DNA from: the human T2T-CHM13v2.0 reference genome, Homo sapiens
NCBI RefSeq assembly: GCF_009914755.1
Contig: NC_060947.1
Direction: 5' to 3' (one strand)
DNA: 64,000 bases
The translations under genes were made by a program, and so were the position numbers. The first letter of the stretch is position 1. Each line of letters opens with the position of its first letter. This document shows positions 46,730 to 60,412 of this stretch, piece by piece. The notes under the pieces were generated by a model. It had not been told where the DNA came from and searched no databases. It saw only the letters and a list, made by a program, of their open reading frames with translations.

Positions 46730-47620
46730 ATGCCAAAGGATCTCCAAGGTTAGAGTGAGTCTTCTGCGTTGCACTTCAGAGGGCTTTAGACTTAGGGACT
46801 TTATGGATCCCTTCAGGTACACAAAAAATATCCAAAGGGAATGTGGGCATGGGTAACTAAATAAAGCAATTTCCAAATCCTCAATTCTCCTATGTATTCT
46901 TTCCTAAAATCAATCTAATGGAGAATGTGCCTGCCATAATTCTACTGTTCTTTTCCGACTTTTGCTTTTAAATCATACTTTTTCCATTTTACAAAAAGAA
47001 AAGCTTACTTCTCAATCATCCTGAACCTGATTATTGGGCACTGATTGCACTGGGTGTGGAAACTTTCCTATTGCCAAGCAAAGGATAATTCAAAATATTG
47101 ATTTTATTGTTGCCAAAGTGAATGATTCTAATGAGAAGCTAACAAATCCCTTGTCAAGTCAGTTTCTAACTCTGTGCTTTTGACAAAACTGAAAAAAAAC
47201 TTAATCAAGTTGCTCATTGATAGATCAATAAAAGTAGCTTTTGATGATAAAGCACATGTAACGTTTGTGGTATAGCATCCAGAAGATATTCAAAAAACGA
47301 GTGACATTGCTGTAATTAAACTCTTTTTCTTCTTATCTACCTCTGTATGGTGCATACATACATAACATGTAAAACTGGAAGACGATTGATGCTGGCCCTT
47401 CCGTCATTCCAGCAATAAGTAATAATCATCTTTAAACACACATTAAAATTTAAAAAAGCCTCATTCTTATCATTAAGAGATGAATTCTCTTTAAAATTTT
47501 GTATTTTATGTTGAATGATTATCAAAATGTTTAACATATTTGTATTATCTTGGTCATATAATAGTATTTGCAAGTCAAGAGGTTTGGGAATTTTCAAACT
47601 CCTTAAGAACAGTAAAGACC
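46730..47620 (+). mobile_element. hAT-Charlie (Charlie4-like) DNA transposon relic with transposase C-terminal remnant
   Basis: Degenerate hAT dimerisation-domain coding pattern (gatagatcaataaaa..ttttgatgata, gagtgacattgctgtaattaaactc, gattgatgctg...gcaataagtaata). Confidence 0.6.
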
Positions 47621-48884
47621 CCTCCCATAAAAACACTTTAAAGCCTCCTACCATGCCTGCATTTTTATCTGTTCCTTTATTTTTTCATAATTACAGATAT
47701 AGATTATTGTTTAAATACTTCAATGTGTTGCAATTAAAATTGTCACCAAAGCAACAGTTATAATGGCTCATCATGCGCAGTGGGGCAAGCATGTGGGGTA
47801 GCATATGGCGCTGGGAAGAGTTAAATATCCAGAGCTGTGAACAGCCAAGCTTTGCAACCATCTAAAATATTTTCTTTAGTTTAGAATTTGGTTTTCATTA
47901 GCTAGTGTCTCATCTCCAGTTGATTTGAGATTTTTGTCTTATAAGTCAGAGTTTATTCTCAAGCCTATATCAGCTGTAGTTTAGATAAATAAGATGCTAA
48001 GTATTACCAAATCTTGGCTCAAACTCAGCTAATTTGGCTCCTACGAAGTGCCCTGAAAGATGGAGGGAATGGCAGAGGTATGGAGAATGTGCAGACATGA
48101 GACAGGCAGATTGTTTACACATGCAGGCACCAAGATAGGTTAATCTGGATCAGGTGGTGACAGTGGTTTGGCTAAAGAAACCAACAGTGAAGAGTGGCGT
48201 GACCATCCAAAGCAAGAAATAGAAGTTGGATGTGAGTGATCAGAGTTCCTGTGTTGGCACAAGTCAGAGACAGTCAGGAGCTATCATAAATAGGATGGAC
48301 GCATGATTCAGTAATGGAAGTCATTCCTTAAAAACAAGGCAGGCCTCAAATTCCCTGGGGAGCAAGGTAGGGTCTAAGCAAATAAATATGTAGTGATTAC
48401 AAGGCAAAATACATTGATAGTCTTAAGAAAAGTTCACTGAAGTTTTCATAATGATTTATATTTATTTGTTGGAGTCAGAAAAGGCTTCCTCTGAGATGTG
48501 ACATTGAGATGGGCAGAATTGTTGTCTGTTTGTTTAAAAAAGTCCTGCAACACATTCACCTCATGCCCATGATCCTTTACCATTAATATACTTAGAAGCT
48601 TGGTGGGAGGTTATGGCTTAGGAAAAATTGCACAGAAAAAAATTCTCCATAACAAAAATAGCAGAAGGACATTAAGACCTGGGATTGCCAGTAGTCAAGT
48701 CTTAGTGGTTGGGTAAAATGTGTAATATAACCATCTTGTATTCTCCCTAAACCATAAAGCATGATACAAACAAAAGCTATAGTTCATGGTTGCTTTGGGA
48801 AATGAGGAGACAGTTCAATGTTCCATGTTAGGATTGGCAGAGAGGGAAGAGGTCTTTTATTGGAAATGACATGTGAGGATATAG

Positions 48885-49127
48885 AGCTTCACTGGCCAAC
48901 AGACAACTAACCACATGTGGATATTGAGCACTTGAATTGTGGTTGGTGCTGTATGTTGAAATGATAATATTTTGGACATATTGGGTTTTAAAAGATAAAA
49001 TATTAAAATTAATTTCACTTATTTAATTTTACTTAATATGGTTATCAGAATATTTTAAATTACATATGTGGTCTTCATATGATGAAACCACACATGTAAT
49101 TTAAAATATTTCTATTAATCAGTGTTG
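48885..49127. mobile_element. MER3/MER33-like MITE
   Basis: ctaaccacatgtggatattgagcacttgaattgtgg; aatattaaaattaatttcac; tttaaattacatatgtgg; atatttctatt. Confidence 0.75.
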
Positions 49128-50654
49128 AATAGATCAATTGATGACATGTAGAAATGTGTCCATCTTATAGAATTCTTAGAAATATTGGGAAATACTGTGT
49201 CCCACAATATGGGATATGAACTCAAGTAATTTTATTTAAGTATTAAATTCAAGGTAATCTCCAAAGTTTGAAGAATTTGAGGGTACACAGATACAGGGAT
49301 TACATAAATTATTTTTAATCCTATAATTATTTTGTATCTTAATAAATGATAACATTTAAAATTTGCTAATGAAGGTTAGAAATGTGTAAGTTATTTCATT
49401 ACTTTAAAAAAACCTATATATTCTCATAAAGCAATAGCATCCTGCTGTTTAAAGAAACTCTGCACTGTATTCTAAGTGTAAAGATGTTCCCAGTTCTCTC
49501 TTAACTGCCGTATAAACAGTAAAATTATCCCCTCACAGTGTCTACAACATAGCATCTTTGGTGGGAGAAAAATGACAAGAAATAGTCAATAAAATAGTTT
49601 TGTTAGTAGAATTGTTTATTCTCTTTCCCCTCCCTGCCTGAAGCAAGAAGTATTGGAAGAAACAGCATGATAGGGCTAGCCCTTAGTTCTACAGAAACTA
49701 ATAAATATTACGACTGATGTTTGCCTCTCTTCTTCCTTTCCCTTGGATATAGTGGTGAGTAATGTTTGTTAAAAACAATGCCATTCCACCTGGGAAAATT
49801 CTGAGAAAGAGCTTCTGAAATGATGTTCCAACATATTTTTTTTCTCAAAATAGCACTGGATTTTTGCATGTAGAGATGAGGAAAAGGGATAAGGATAAAC
49901 AGAGGAAACCACTTCTATTGTAACTCTCCTCAGGAAAGTTAAAAGAAATCAGTATAGAATAGTGGGATTTTAAGTATGGTGTAAGACTAGTCTTAAGTAC
50001 AATCAATCAATCTGGAAACCTATGCCTGGATAATACCTTCAAATTCAGATGGCCTACCTTCCATTCTAGGCTGAACAATCTAGGCTGAACAATCTAGATA
50101 GGACCCAATCTAGGCTGAACAACAAGGTTTGCTACTTGGAAATACATCCAATGGAGATTCTAAAATAATCAACTTTCACTGTTTGGAAATTCTTTCTTAT
50201 ATCTAACCTTATAGGAAGCTACTGTGCAGAATGGGATATTTCTTTTTTTCTGAGCTATTAAAATTTAAAAAAGTTTTTTAATTAAAAAGTTATCTGGTTA
50301 GCACTGGAAAGTATGCTCAACACTTCCCTTTGAGTTCAGAACTAGCCCTTGTTCTATTATGTGATTATGATGAAGATCCTACTTACCTCATACATCAGTT
50401 TATCCCTGCTTCACATTACATTTCTTTTCCTGATGATCATTTATTTCTTTATGAACTCCTTTCTCCTACCCTTCCCAGGACCAATTACCCTCTCAATCAT
50501 CCCCCTCTCCCCCCACAATCATCCTGGAACATTCTCATCTTCTCTCTGGCAATGAGCAATCAAGGCACCCATGTTAAGAGCTATCCTAAATGGCAATGAA
50601 GTCTATGTGAGCTCTTCGAATACACTGGTAATTTCTTTTGACACAAGAAAGGAA

Positions 50655-51202
50655 ATGTAATATCCAGTTTGGGTTGTCTCTGTAGGAGACTTGTTCCCTT
50701 CATCCTTTCAAGGAGTACATGGCTACCTGGCTCCTCCACATGGTGCTTCAGTGCTTCAGAGAAGGTTGGCTCCATCCCTAGCCTCAGTGGATGACTCTTG
50801 AGTTGATAAAGCCAAACATAGTGATTTTGCCATCATCTCATTCTGGCCAGTGACTGGCCAGTGAGATATGAAAGAAAATCTTGTGGTCAAGTGGGACAGA
50901 GATATATTTGACAAATGTTTCTTACCTCTTAAAAAGGGAAAGTAAAAACATGTAGACACCTTTCCTGCCTCTGAACTCTGGTGTACCAAAAGGTGATGGT
51001 GGAGCTACTGCAACCATTTTATAATCTTGATGGGAGCTACCATACAGAACTTTAAGAATCTGGGTCCATTGAACAATTGAAATAATAAATCATGGACCCA
51101 ACTTCCCTCCAGATAGTTTATCATGTGAAATAATAAATGCCCTGTGGCTTAAGTCATTTTAAGTTCAGTTTTCTGTTACTTGCAGCCCAAAACATTCTAA
51201 TG
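50655..51202 (+). mobile_element. MLT1 (MaLR) LTR, MLT1J/K-like
   Basis: ctggccagtgagatatgaaagaaaatc; ggagctactgcaaccatttt; aataaatgccc...tttctgttacttgcagcccaaaacattctaa. Confidence 0.75.
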
Positions 51203-52105
51203 TATGTGACAACATAGCACATAACTCTGAAAACTGGTGCTGATTAAGCCATTCTATCTGTGCTTATATGCCACCATAATATTAATAATTTTTAGTTTTC
51301 TTCCATTTTTCAAAATGGCCTTAGGAAAATCTCTAAGTTTAGGCTTAAAATGGATAGGCTAATAAATAAATGAGAATTTACAGACTTTTAAGATGGAAAG
51401 AACAAATTGTGTTTTTTCTCTCTCTTTCTCTGTCTCTGTCTTTCTCTCTCATCAGCTTGTCATTCTTTTTCTCTGCCCAAACCCCTCCTTTTCCATTTCC
51501 CACACAAGATTTTAGGTCCACTTCCTGGCTGCTTCGTCTACCAGAGCCCTCTCTTCCATCAGAGACTGATTTGCCTAGACCCCTGATAGTTGCAGCAAAT
51601 ATAGCCTGGGCAACATAAATAGTGGTTGTAGCAGCAGTAGCTGCTGCAGATGCTTTCTAGGAAATACAATAAAGAATCAAGATTGGCTATTGGGAAAGCT
51701 GAAGGGACATTAAAGCATGACTCAACCAAAGTTATATGTAACATCTGTGCTTTCTCTATGAAAAAGTCATTTTTGCTAACAAAATTTCAGAGGCTAAAAT
51801 TTCAGTTAAAAAAAAAATCAAGTACAAACAGGACTCAAAAGAGGCTGTTTGAGACTTCTGATTCTTTCAAACTTGTCCTTAGGGGAACAAGTCATTTGGT
51901 AAAAAAGATATTTATAATTGAGTAATTCCTTAACATCATCAGATTTATATCAAGAAGCCTTCACTGAATGCCTAGTGTTAGCTCATCCCTGTGCTAGGTG
52001 GTTGTCGTGGACATAGACGATAAGAAAGAATTGTTCTCTTCTCTCAGGAAGCTCAGACTTGGTCCTGCCAATAGCTAAAAAGTGCTAAATTAAAATACAA
52101 ATAGG

Positions 52106-52240
52106 GGCTAGGTGTGGCGGCTCACGCCTGTAATCCCAGCACTTTGGGAGGCCAAGGAGGGAGGAAGGCTTGAGCTGAAGAGTTCAAGACCAGACTAGGC
52201 AACATAGTGTGACCCCTATCTCCTAAAATAAAAGGAAAAA
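52106..52240 (+). mobile_element. Free left Alu monomer (FLAM_C-like)
   Basis: Single Alu arm with A-tail, flanked by (a)aataggg TSD remnants. Confidence 0.85.
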
Positions 52241-53129
52241 ATGTATAAATAGGGTTCTTAGTGAGCAAAAAATGGTCAGTTATCAGTGCTGACTTGAGTA
52301 CCAGGAGGTGTTTCACAAAGGAGGTTGCATTTGGACTATATCATAAAGGATGAGTAAGATCAATAGGGAAGAATGGAATCCAGGTGTGTAGATTTGAGTG
52401 GCAAAAATATACTACTTGAATGAAAACAGAGATGTAATTAGGTTGTATGGTTTTTATGACTTCATCTTTGGAAGTTAGATAAACAATGAAATTCATTTTC
52501 TCATCTTTCTTTCCCTGACTTGCCAGATGTTAGGATTTCTCCCATCTTTAGCTATTGTTCAGCTCCTCAGTTTGAGAGCTGCAATTTCAGTCTTACTGTC
52601 TGCTCTTTGTGTAACAGTTCTTATATAAAATGCATTCACAGTCCTTTTTCTAGTACTTATTTTTGATGCAGGGAACAGGTGGAAGAAGCCAAAGTCATTT
52701 CTCTTTATGTACCATTCAAAATGTAGGGGAGGGAGGTGGATGCTATGACATATGACTGTTACATTGTTTTCATTTCAATCATTTGATGGTTTTGAAGAAG
52801 TAATAGCCATTTTCCCTCATTTATATTTGAACAAGAAAGGGTAAATTACCATCAATTTTCTGTCTTTTTTAAATTTTTTTCCAGATTTTAAACATGATGA
52901 TTTGATTTAACTTTTTAATATGAAAATAGTACTGACATAATATTGTTCTTTGGCATTTGCTCAGTCCCACCTCCCCAGATTTTAGTCTTGTCAATATATA
53001 ACATGCGTATGTTAAGCATCTATGTGTGTTAAACCTAGGAAGTACAAAAATTACTACAGTGGGAGATAGATCATTAAACTTATAAACTTAAGCAACATCA
53101 TGATGATGATTATTGGTCTAGATGAGATA

Positions 53130-53330
53130 TAGTTTGGGTTTAAATTTGAGATCCACTACTTGATGGCAATGTGATCTTGGATAAGTCATTGCAGCTCACT
53201 TTACCTTAATGTCCTCATTTTTGAAACATGATATCAACGTTTAGTTCCTAAAGTTACCATAGAGATTGCCTAAAATAATGTTATATCAGGAACTTAGCAC
53301 AGTGTCATAGAATAAATGGTGACTATGGTC
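53130..53330 (+). mobile_element. MIR
   Basis: tgggtttaaatttgagatccactacttg...gtgatcttggataagtcatt...aacttagcacagtg. Confidence 0.7.
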
Positions 53331-53727
53331 ATTATATACAGGGTGCTACACTTGTAACATGGCCTGGAAAAGTCAAGAAAAATCTCACAGAAGAGTCATT
53401 ATTTGCATTAAGACCAGTAAAACAAATAGGGCTGCCTAGAAGACAGGGGCATAAAGGGTGTTCTGGGCAAAATGAGCAACATGTGAAAAGGCAATAAAGA
53501 CAATAAGTGGTTTTAGATCATCTGAGGAACTGAAAATGTTCTGGTATAGCTTAAACTCAGAGTAAATGTAAAAGAATGGGGGTCAGGACAGACGAGTAGG
53601 TAGATGAGGCCAAAGAAACAGGTAGAGGCCCAAACACAAAAGCTTTTGTATGCCATTTTAAAACATTTATTTATTAACTTGTGGCTGATTGAGAATAACA
53701 AGAGTTTTAAATAGAAAAGTGGCATGA

Positions 53728-54094
53728 TGTATTAGTGTGTTCTTATGCTGCTAATAAAGACATACATACCCCAGACTGGGTAATTTATAAAGAAAAAGAG
53801 GTTTAATAAATTCACAGTTTCACATGGCTGGGGAGGCCTCACATCATGGCAGAAGGTGAAGGAGGAGCAAAGACACATCTTACATGGTGGCAGGCAAGAA
53901 AGTGTATGCAGGGGAACTCCCTTTACAAAGCCATCAGATGTCATGAGACTTATTCACTATCAAGAGAACAGCAGGGGAAAAACCCACCACCATGATTCAA
54001 TTACCTCCCACCAGGTCCCTCCCAGGACACATGGGAATTACGAGAGCTACAATTCAAGATGAGATTTGGGTAGGGACACAGCCAAACCATGTCA
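53728..54094 (-). mobile_element. THE1C-like MaLR solo LTR with TSD catg(a/g)
   Basis: tgtattagtgtgttcttatgctgctaataaagacatac...ccatgtca; catga at 53723-53727 and catgg at 54095-54099. Confidence 0.93.
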
Positions 54095-54502
54095 CATGGT
54101 CATATTTTCATTTAGAGTCCAGGGCAAAGGGACTAAATATGAAGGAGGGTGATACTAGAAGCACAGTGGCCCTTAGAATCTGGCTATTGCAATAATCCAT
54201 TTAAGAAACTGAAGGGACTGAATTGAAGTAGTGTAATAGGCACATAGAAGAAGTGAAGGGTATAAATCAGCAAGGTCATCAAAGATAGGCCCTTAAAACT
54301 AATAGTAAAGAGCAGGAGAGTGGAGAGAAGGGAGAAACATCTAGGATATCTCCCATGTTTCTAATTTAGAAAACTAGGTAAATTGAGAGGTCATTAACTT
54401 AAGTTGGAATAAAAACTCAGTTTTGAACATGTTGAGTTTGAGAATTTATGTATAAGTAGCAGTCAAATCTAAACTAAATATGACTTAATTATGACAAGAA
54501 TC

Positions 54503-54911
54503 TATTATAAAGAGTCTGACTCCACTTTTGATGTTTGACTGCTGAAAGCTTTAAAACCACACCACTCCCTCTTTTCCTACAACTGGGCAAGTTGAAAAGA
54601 AAGCCTGGATGCCCCCTACTTTGGTGTTAGGGGAAAATGCAAACCATGTAAGCCTCAGTCCATGCAAGGGAATCTTCACTACAGTCACACCACTTAACCA
54701 CAATAAACTCCAAAGCCAGTCACTCTTTCCTGCTCTGTGGAGCCATTTTTGGACATGTTTGGGAATCCAACCTGCTCTCTTCAGAAAGTTTCATTATATG
54801 AGTAATAAATCTCTTCATACCCACTTGGTACACGTGTGGTGTCATCATTCTAAATTTCCAAACCAATTTTAGATGGAACAGCCATTCTGCCTCTGCTGTA
54901 TAGTAACAACA
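54503..54911 (+). mobile_element. MER31-like ERV1 LTR
   Basis: aaagagtctgactccacttttgatgtttgactgctga; ctgggcaagttgaaaagaaagcctggatgc; gagtaataaatctcttcatacc. Confidence 0.8.
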
Positions 54912-56259
54912 GGGTCACATTGTGTCCATTATGTAAAGGTTCAGTGTTTTGTGTCTTTCTCGTGATAATATATAACCTTTGGATACTTAGGTGATTAATA
55001 CCATAGCAATGGAATCACCCAGACTTGGTACATATAATGTATAATCTGTATACATAAAGCCAAAGGTGGTCAGGGCATGGAGAAGCCTGAAAGAAAACAA
55101 GTATTGGAACATCAGGCAGAAGAAGAGGAGCTTATGAAGGAGTCTGAAAAAGACTTGGTAGAAAACTAGGAGAGAAGGAATTCAAGTTAGAAGAATATTT
55201 TAAGAAGGAGAAAGAATTTGTCAGGGTCAAATGCTAAGCAGGATTCAAATTACATTTGAAAACCTATTGGTTTGGTAAATAGGAGGTGACTAGCATAATA
55301 AAAGTGCTGTTTGATTCACAGAACATCTCCATATGGGAAGAAACAACTGTATCTCAAAGGTTTGAACAATGTTATTCTTGGTCTACTTTTCTTTCAGAGA
55401 ATTTAGTAACTCTCACTGAGACAATCATGTGGTCTATGGAATTTAACTTCCTGAATAAATCTGGATACTTTGCTCTCTTCCTGAAAACAATTATAGAATA
55501 ATTAAACAAATTCCTTAAACCAGATTTCACTTAAGTTTCAAGGATAGCAAAGTTTAGATAAACATAAAGTAATATGAAACTAGAATATCTAGCTCAAAGG
55601 TATAACATGCTGCCAGAAATCACAGGTTTTTTTCCTCTCCTAAATTCTAGTCTGACTCCCAGTCTTCAACACCAGCTTTGGACCCACCTAGATATCATCG
55701 CTTCTAAAATTCTAGAACCAATACAGCCAGCTCAGCAGCTTTGTACCAGAGTTAAGGTTTCCCATATGAATGGAGCTTCATGTCCCCTGTGGGTTCACAA
55801 ACTCCAGTTTCATATTATACGCCAATCTCAATCAGTGTCAGTGGTTGCCTGAAGTTCTGGGTTGAGGAGGATTCTAATGTCACAATGGAGTTTGGTGTAT
55901 TTTCTGACCTGAAATTTTTCACAGTGAGCAGAGATTTGTTCTGTTGTCTGCTGAGTGGCCATAACCACATCATGCAATCCTGTTGACTCGTTGCTTTGCC
56001 TTTACACTTCACAAGCTTCCCTGTTCTGCCTCCAGTTTCACAACTACAGGATCTATCTCAGTTACATCCCAAAGCCAGTATGTGGCTTACAGTTTTTGTA
56101 TGAAGTTCTTTTTAATATACTCCTGAACCATCTAAGAAATAGGCAAAATTAGCAAGCACTCCCCACACTATGGATTAATTGTTATTTGAGTCAAAGTGCA
56201 CGTTCAAAGTTGTTTGTTTTTCTTATTACATACAGGAGTTATTTATTTTTGTGGGTTAG

Positions 56260-56680
56260 AATCATTGGCTATGGAATCAGACAGAATTTTACTCAAATCC
56301 AAGTTTCACCTCCTCCAAGCCATGTAATTCTGAGTGAGATATTTAACTTTTATTTACCTGAGCCTCAGTCTCTACATCTATAAAATGGGGATTAAAATTT
56401 TCTATCTCATACAGTTTTAAGAGTGTATGTGTGTATGTATGTGTGTGTGCGTGTGTGTGTTTATGCTTAGTGCAACACATGACACAGAAAAAAACTTTAC
56501 AAATGACAATTATAATCTAAAAAACTTAGGTGGTAATTGCTATTATTTATTAGACCCATTTTATAGATCAGGAATCTGTAAATCTATTTCAAGAAGATAA
56601 GTAAGCTGTCCAAGGCCATGTAGCCAGAAAGTAGTAGAGTTGAGATTTCCAATGAGATCATTTGATTCCAGGGCATGTAG
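56260..56680. mobile_element. MIR fragments flanking a (TG)n repeat
   Basis: ggaatcagacaga...ctgagcctcagtctctacatctataaaatgggga; cccattttatagatcagga...gtccaaggcca. Confidence 0.7.
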
Positions 56681-57460
56681 CAAAACTTCTGTGTGTTGTT
56701 AGCTCATAGCAACTCATTTCCTGCACTGTCTTTGCAGATCTAAACTGAGCTAACAGAGTAGCAGAAATGATGCATTCAAGTATTGTGGACATAATTGATT
56801 CATTATGATGTCAATGTTCTGGTTTATTTAACAGATCTACTCATTATCTCATCAATGTTGAAGTACTGCTCAAAAAAGAGGGTGGAACTCCCTCATTTAA
56901 TCACCAGGTTGGGAAAAAAAGGGCTTTGTAGACTGAAGGCTGGCCTTTTATTTCAGTTACTTCAAAAGACATCTTCAAATGACATCTTGGGTAGTTATTG
57001 GATTGCTGGAGTTTTGCAATATTTACACATTGAAATCCACCTTCTTATGATGATTGTCTGTTGTCTCTCTTGGAAAGGGCAACATTAACATTTCTTTATT
57101 TGTAGGTATAGCACCTGGTTTCTTACATATGCATCCACTGGGGGTTAATCCTTTAGTAATAGGACCAAGCAAAATAATAACTAAAAACCGCTAGTCTATA
57201 CAGTATTTTCAGAAATACAGTATTTGTCAAATAAATATTCATTTCTTTAAAATCACTGTGACTCCAATGGTTATATCTTAAATCCATATATCATGAATAT
57301 CTATTACCGCATGAGCATAATATTTGACTAAAAGTTGAAATGACTTAAGCACAAGAAATTCTGAATAAAGACTGAAACTTTTAGAGGAGTTCCAAGTTAT
57401 TTAGCAAATCTTTTTTCTCAATAAAATTGTTATATTCCAAAGCCTCATTTCCCAGTTACC

Positions 57461-57842
57461 TTTTTTTAAAGACAATTTTTAGAGCAGTTTTAGTTCACAG
57501 CAAAATTGAGAGGAAACGATAAGGATTTCCCATAGACCCTCTGCTCCTCCACACACACAGCCTCCCCCCGTTATCAAAATCCCCCAACAGAAGGTACACT
57601 TGTTACGATTGATGAACCTACATTGACATGTTGTAATCACCCAAAGTCCATAGTGTATATTAGGGTTCACTCTTGGTGTTGTACAGTCTGTGGGTTTGGA
57701 CAAATGTATAATGAGAGTATCCACCACTATAGTATCATACAGACTATTTTCACTGTCCTAAAAATTCCCTATGCTCTGCCTATTTAACCCTCTCCCCTAC
57801 TACCCTCAACCCCTGGCAACAACTGATCTTTTTACTGTCACT
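57461..57842 (-). mobile_element. L1MC1/2-like 3' terminal fragment
   Basis: tttagagcagttttagttcacagcaaaattgag; gttacgattgatgaacctacattgaca; agggttcactcttggtgttgtaca; cccctggcaacaactgatctttttactgtc. Confidence 0.88.
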
Positions 57843-58108
57843 GGCTCAAAATTGTTTAAGCAAATCATTTCTCTCAATTAAATTGTTACATTCCAAAACC
57901 TCATACTTGGAGTTTCCCAGTTACTTTTTTTTTTTAAGCAATTCCTTATGAGGTTCCACATTCTGATTTTTCATATTATTCTATATCATATAAATGTCAG
58001 TGTGCTGCTTCTTTTTCTTACTATGAGAATACATATGTCATAAATTGCTTAAACAATGCATAATGTACACACCAGAAATTGAGAGTTTGGGGGTGACCTT
58101 GGGTCATT

Positions 58109-58438
<330 letters not shown>

Positions 58439-59202
58439 TCATAGGAGCATGGGACCATCACTTACCACTGTGTGCTGGTAAATGCAATATGCTAACTGGC
58501 TTAATCTTAGCCATGTATGTTATCTATTCCAGTGCCACCCTCAAGTTCATGGGCTGTAAATAGGAGATAGGAGAATTCCCAAAGGCCCTTGTAGATATGA
58601 TAAATAACCTGGCTACCAAAAAGTAAAAACTTTATCCTTGCTTCTTTACACTTTGTCATGAGTATCTTTAATATACCCCTCGCCCTACAAGAGGGTCATG
58701 AGGTAAAGACGATTATTTCTATATTTAATTTCTGCTAACAGGTACTCTTTCAGGAAAAAAAAGCTCAAGTAGCAGCTCCCAGAATATATATTGTAGAAGC
58801 TGGCTAATAGGATTCTTCTGTATTCTTCTGCCACCTGTCATCTTGGGATCTCTCACTACTCATTATCTGGTAGCAGGCCTGCTGTGTACAGATGGAAAAG
58901 TCACCCCAGAGGGAAGAGAGCTGTTACACTCTACTCCCCTTCTGGTCCCACTTCTGTGCAATGCTAATTTAATCAGGCACATGATTCACTCACTCACCTT
59001 AAGCTCAAACCAGACCTCATTCTATTTTTAATATTTTAATTTTATTATTCACCCACAAATGTATCCATCTCAGCTTAGGTATTTCTGAACAGTCAGAAAT
59101 ATAAGCTGAAGGATGAGGTCTTCTCTCCTCATTCCTATTCCACTTCTCTCCAGATCATTCCAAGTGCGTTGTTCCGAGCCATGTGTAACATTAAGTGCTT
59201 TG

Positions 59203-59473
59203 GGCAAGGCATGGTGGCTCACACCTGTAATCCTAGCACTTTGGGAGGCTGAGGTGGGAAAATTGCTTGAGGCCAGGAATTTGAGACCAGCCTGGGCAAC
59301 ATAGTGAGACCCTATCACTACAAAAAATTTTTTAAAAGATTAGCTACGCTCCTGCTTGAGCCTAGAATTGAGGCTGCAGCGAGCCATGATCATGCTACTG
59401 CACTGTAGCCTGGGCAACAGAGCATGACCCTGATGACCCTGTTTCTCAAAAAAAAAAAAAAAAAAAAAAAAAA
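59203..59473 (+). mobile_element. AluJ with an internal right-arm deletion
   Basis: AluJ features (ctgggcaacatagtgagaccc, gaggctgcag.gagccatgatc); jumps from attagct to tgcttgagcc; A-tail; tgctttg TSD remnant. Confidence 0.9.
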
Positions 59474-60412
59474 GATAACTGCTTTGAAAGGATTAGAAAG
59501 TTACCTTGAAACCAGAATTGGGCTCAATGAATAGCATGTTAACTGGAAATCCAAGTCAATATCCAAAATGGTCCTTTCTAGCAACCCCACTGGAAACAAA
59601 GGCCGAACAAATAGGGAAACTTCAGCAGGTTCACAAGGGGCCAGGTTGGCATGTTTGGGTTATCATTCAGAAACTGAAAGCCTTTGGTTTTATTATCAGA
59701 CTTGTTGTGATCGATGTCAGAGTCTACAGAGGAAAATGTAGGTAGAGAAGTGGAAGCAAGAGAAAGGAAGGTGGTAAAAGCACAAGTAAGTCAGTAAAAG
59801 CTGCAATTACTACCTCTGGCTAATAGAAAGTCCAAAGCAAAACCTAGGAGGAGGGACTTGGAAAAAAAAAAAGAACTGACTGACAGGTATGCTTGACTAA
59901 GGTCTCACACAGCTAGTTAAAATTCCTTTAGCCACAATAGTGACTGTGGGTGGGTGGGGTCTATAATATACTGCTTTTAATTAACCATTAGAACTTGGTC
60001 AATAGCACATGAGTCACAGTCTTCATTTAATAACAGCAAATTATATTTGATTTAGTTATAAAGAAATGCTTAGTTGCACCAGTGAAATCCACACTATATT
60101 GATAAATGCTTCAATTTGATTTTCAAGATGAAGATAGAAATATGGAAAAAATAGATGAGATTATTTGCTGTCATACATATTCATGGTAAAGTGTGTTCTG
60201 TTTATCTTCACAATATCCTGATTTATGGGAGTAAGAGAAGAAGGGAGTTGGTGAAATATACAAAATAATAGTCACATCTAACAGCAAAATTTACCTGAGA
60301 CACTGCCATGTAAACAACATTCTGAAAACATCACTCTTCAAAGGTAGTCTCCTGCATGATAAACACTTTTATGTAGAATCAATAACTTCTTGAAGCACCA
60401 AAAATTATTTTA

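Larger units (their letters stand above)
53340..55290 (-). mobile_element. L2 fragment interrupted by THE1 and MER31 LTRs
   Basis: gggtgttctgggcaaaatgagcaacatgtgaaaaggc; cagttttgaacatgttgagtttgag; gtcaaatgct...ttggtttggtaaataggaggtga. Confidence 0.7.

Noticed and set aside
46730-47620. Domesticated hAT transposase gene
   Set aside because: Only a decayed C-terminal remnant with stops and frameshifts.
50065-50122. CRISPR-like repeat-spacer array
   Set aside because: The repeats are only 14 bp, mostly adjacent, with no cas genes, in primate DNA.
52430-52640. Minus-strand coiled-coil-like exon (ELLHKEQTVRLKLQLSN)
   Set aside because: The frames checked close quickly and the splice sites are poor.
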